DNA from: Candidatus Falkowbacteria bacterium
GTDB taxonomy: Bacteria; Patescibacteriota; Patescibacteriia; Patescibacteriales; UBA12465
DNA length: 64,000 nucleotides
Reading direction: 5' to 3'
NCBI GenBank assembly: GCA_037137655.1
Contig: JBAXJX010000001.1
Location: forward strand, 417,624 to 481,623
A program made the translations under genes and the position numbers. Positions 61,756-64,000 of this stretch are shown piece after piece. Below the pieces are notes generated by a model, which saw only the letters and a program-made list of their open reading frames with translations, was not told the origin of the DNA and did no database searches. Each line of letters begins with the position of its first letter. Positions within the stretch are counted from its first letter, which is position 1.

Positions 61756-62814
61756 TTAAAACTTAAGATGCTTCTTGAAATCGGCCGGCGAAATTATACC
61801 AAACTCCGTAATAAAGCCGGTGATATATTTAGCGGGAGTCACATCAAAGACAGGATTAATCGTCTTGGCCTTTTTCGGGCTAATAGCAGCGCCTTTATAC
61901 TTTATGTCGGAAATTATTTCGCCACCAGCGCGCTCTTCAATTTTTATCGCTGCCCCGTTTTTAATACTCATATCAATTGTGCCAGAAACCGCCGCGATAT
62001 AAAAAGGAATCTTATGTGCCTTGGCTGCCAGAGCTAAAGCATAAGTTCCAATCTTGTTGGCCGTGTCACCGTTACTCGCAATATGATCAGCACCGACAAT
62101 CACCATGTCCACCAAACCATGACTCATGAGATATGGGCTGGCGCTATCAATATTAATTTGATAATCAATTCCCGCTTTGTCCAGCTCCCAAGCTGTTAGG
62201 CGACTTCCCTGCAACCACGGACGAGTTTCATCAACTAAGACCTTAATCTTTTTCCCGGCCAACATGGCAGTGTACATTGGTGCGGTCGCGGTGCCCAGCC
62301 AAATAGCTGACAAAGAGCCGGCGTTACAATGAGTTTCAATATTCATACCATCTTTTATCAAATTAGCACCATATTCCCCGATTTTAATGTTTTTCACCAC
62401 TTCGGACTCCAATAATTCCTGATAAGCCGTTTTTATTTGTTTTTTAACCGCGACGACTGAGACCGGCTCAATAACGGACAAAATTTGATTCACCGACCAA
62501 GCCAAATTAATGGCCGTAGGGCGAGCAGCAATAATTTCCCGCGCAGCCACAGCTAAACCATTTAACATGGCCACAATATCTTTACCATTATAATTATTAG
62601 CCGCTAAGAATATTCCACCAGCGCCCAGAGCACCTAAAGCTTGTGCTCCACGAATCTTCATATCTTTAATCGCCTTAATCGCCTCTTTATAGGTTTTAAT
62701 TTTTATAAACTTTAATTTGCTCGGCAAAAGCGTTTGATCAATTATAATAATATGGTCGGATTTTAATTCGATGGTTAGAGGTAGCAGAGTTTTTAATTTT
62801 TTGAAGTTAGTCAT
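61756..62814 (-). CDS. mtnA: S-methyl-5-thioribose-1-phosphate isomerase (eIF-2B-like)
   Basis: DQTLLP, IRGA, RPTAINL, THCNAG, ETRPWLQGSRLT, GDTANKIGT, NPVFDVTP. Confidence 0.9.
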   Translation of the reverse strand: MTNFKKLKTLLPLTIELKSDHIIIIDQTLLPSKLKFIKIKTYKEAIKAIKDMKIRGAQALGALGAGGIFLAANNYNGKDIVAMLNGLAVAAREIIAARPTAINLAWSVNQILSVIEPVSVVAVKKQIKTAYQELLESEVVKNIKIGEYGANLIKDGMNIETHCNAGSLSAIWLGTATAPMYTAMLAGKKIKVLVDETRPWLQGSRLTAWELDKAGIDYQINIDSASPYLMSHGLVDMVIVGADHIASNGDTANKIGTYALALAAKAHKIPFYIAAVSGTIDMSIKNGAAIKIEERAGGEIISDIKYKGAAISPKKAKTINPVFDVTPAKYITGFITEFGIISPADFKKHLKF

Positions 62815-62824
62815 AATTTTCAAT

Positions 62825-62853
62825 CGTCATCCTCGCGCAGGCGGGGATCCAGG
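62825..62853 (+). repeat. CGTC-tagged REP-like palindrome
   Basis: CGTCATCCTCGCGCAGGCGGGGATCCAGG, a GC-rich hairpin with GCAG loop in an AT-rich intergenic region. Confidence 0.6.
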
Positions 62854-62953
62854 ATTAAATTTATAATACCTTAATTATACCTCATTTTTATTATTTTAGA
62901 AAATATTTTTATTTAGAAAAAATTTATCCTTAATTTCTTATCATATCGACAGT

Positions 62954-63022
62954 GGGGCCGGTGATAGTCACAAAGCCGAGCTTAACATTCGCGCTTTCGG
63001 GGTGCGATTCCCCGCGGTTCCA
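62954..63022 (+). ncRNA. Aberrant tRNA-like RNA (alanine-type acceptor, UAA anticodon-like loop)
   Basis: GGGGCCG/CGGTTCC acceptor with G3:U70 and discriminator A; CGGGG-TGCGATT-CCCCG T arm; GTGA-TAG-TCAC mini D arm; AAAGCCGAG-CTTAACA-TTCG(C)GCTTT long arm. Confidence 0.65.
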
Positions 63023-63038
63023 CAAAGGAGTTTGGCTA

Positions 63039-63066
63039 TTGACTTTTTTAATGTTAATGCTATAAT
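63039..63066 (+). promoter_or_regulatory. Near-consensus sigma70 promoter for the antisense sRNA
   Basis: TTGACT-16nt-TATAAT with extended TG; predicted start about 63073. Confidence 0.75.
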
Positions 63067-63072
63067 TACATC

Positions 63073-63148
63073 AATGTTAAGCTCGGCTTCAATCGCAAGT
63101 GACTATCACAAGCGTAAAAAAATCTCCGTCAAAAGCGGGGATTTTTTT
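63073..63148 (+). ncRNA. Candidate sRNA complementary to the tRNA-like RNA
   Basis: Four blocks complementary to 62973-62989, 63003-63009, 62961-62971 and 62992-62996, then an ATCTCCG/CGGGGAT-T7 terminator. Confidence 0.65.
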
Positions 63149-63160
63149 GTTTATCAAAGC

Positions 63161-63528
63161 CCTCACCGAGCCTACCGTATCCGAAGCTGGGCGAAACTTT
63201 TAAAAAAGTTCGAACGTTAGTGAGATCTTTTTTCAAAAGTTTTGCCAGATTCGCCCCAGAAGATAAAAGCGTTGAAGAAAGCGAAGTCGAAAGACGAAGC
63301 GAAATTATATAGATTAGCTTATTCAAGCCGAGATACCGAAGACTGAGAAGACGGTTATTTATTAATATAAAAAGAAAATGGTGCTTTTAATAATCTTCGG
63401 TAGAATGCCGTTAACTGTGTGGGGTGAAGCGTGCAAATCTTTTTGAAAAAATTTCGCTAACGCTCAAATTTTCCAAGAAAGCTTCGCCCGCTTCAGGGAC
63501 GGTATTTTATAAGTAAGTTGGGGTGAGG
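63161..63528. repeat. Long imperfect inverted repeat / candidate structured ncRNA
   Basis: 63161-63258 pairs with 63420-63528; internal hairpins GTC-GAAA-GAC and TACCGAAGA/TCTTCGGTA. Confidence 0.55.
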
Positions 63529-63576
63529 TGAAAAATGCCAATTTTACTGCCCTATTTTACCAGTTTTTTAAAACGC

Positions 63577-63638
63577 TTGACATATTCCAAAAAACGTGAT
63601 ATAATTAGCTTATCAAAATAAAGACAGATCATTCACAA
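63577..63638 (+). promoter_or_regulatory. Consensus sigma70 promoter plus boxA-like motif
   Basis: TTGACA-17nt-TATAAT, then AGATCATTCACAA. Confidence 0.7.
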
Positions 63639-63734
63639 ATAAGGTTCAAATTTAGTTAATAATTAAGTCCAGATAATCTATATGTATTTGATTATTAACT
63701 AAATTAGAAATACATACCTTAAATATATATAGTC

Positions 63735-64000
63735 ATGAACACTGAAACTAACAAAAAATATCGTGAAGAAAACGGAGTAATTTATTTTTCTGTAACTTCT
63801 GATGGTACCACTGGAGAGCAATGGATTGAACGTTTAACTAAAAAAGGTTTTCGCATGGTAGACTATGCTAAACAATTACTCCTTTCTGACAATTTCAAAG
63901 CAACCAATAATGTTATCACTGAAATCGCTGTTCTAAAGGGCATGTTATTTGAAGACAAAAATCGTCTTACCAAAAACATTCGCGCTGAAGCTGATAAGAG
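63735..64000 (+). CDS. Hypothetical protein, N-terminal part (runs off the window edge)
   Basis: Manual translation MNTETNKKYREENGVIYFSVTSDGTTGEQWIERLTKKGFRMVDYAKQLLLSDNFK..., open to the end of the window. Confidence 0.75.
   Translation, partial: MNTETNKKYREENGVIYFSVTSDGTTGEQWIERLTKKGFRMVDYAKQLLLSDNFKATNNVITEIAVLKGMLFEDKNRLTKNIRAEADK

Noticed and set aside
62954-63024. Calling the element a standard tRNA-Ala/Leu or tmRNA (ssrA)
   Set aside because: It has no U8/A14 or GG D-loop and no variable loop, and its anticodon arm is over-long. It also has no mRNA-like domain and no SmpB-binding UCGAC/GAC motifs inside. It is kept only as tRNA-like.
63090-63098. UCGCAA read as a trans-supplied Ala(CGC) anticodon loop
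   Set aside because: No flanking anticodon stem; the same bases are fully explained as the complement of the T-loop UGCGAUU.
63002-63326. ORFs 63002-63220 (+) and 63129-63326 (-); also a tmRNA-like resume frame GCA AGT GAC (ASDY...)
   Set aside because: They cross a promoter, a terminator and structured repeats and have no recognisable motifs; the putative tag has no nearby stop or Ala-rich end.
1-64000. CRISPR array, IS/transposase, integrase, prophage, rRNA, or UGA recoding (code 25)
   Set aside because: No regularly spaced repeats or such genes seen. RF2 is intact, TGA ends at least one gene (55382) and ORFs are full length under code 11.

Overview
AT-rich bacterial chromosome segment, with almost all genes on the minus strand. 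It is most consistent with a Patescibacteria/CPR (Parcubacteria/ABY1-like) genome; this is inferred from the absence of rpmD/L30 from the spc cluster, the lack of Shine-Dalgarno motifs before core genes, many type IV pilins with adhesin domains, and DUF5652/DUF5671-like proteins. Core content: the str/S10/spc ribosomal cluster (rpsL to secY-map), a detached infA-rpmJ-rpsM-rpsK-rpsD-rpoA-rplQ-rplM-rpsI block, dnaG-rpoD, scpAB, recO, prfB, comEC, tRNA-Asn and five pilins. The accessory regions (1-20 kb, 54-57 kb, 62.8-64 kb) look like small promoter-gene-terminator cassettes that share promoter/terminator sequences and a boxA-like leader motif. Strongest novel candidate: at 62954-63148 an aberrant 69-nt tRNA-like RNA (G3:U70 alanine-type acceptor, UAA anticodon-like loop) is followed by a separately promoted ~76-nt sRNA. 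Its first 42 nt are four rearranged blocks complementary to the anticodon arm, T-loop and D-like arm of the tRNA-like RNA, suggesting a tRNA-mimic/anti-tRNA RNA pair. Other notable items: an RpoA lacking the alphaCTD plus a separate sigma4-like/alphaCTD fusion protein, a divergent AsnRS paralog beside AspRS, and an animal-type PurC-PurE fusion. All calls come from reading the sequence by eye; no searches or folding programs were run.
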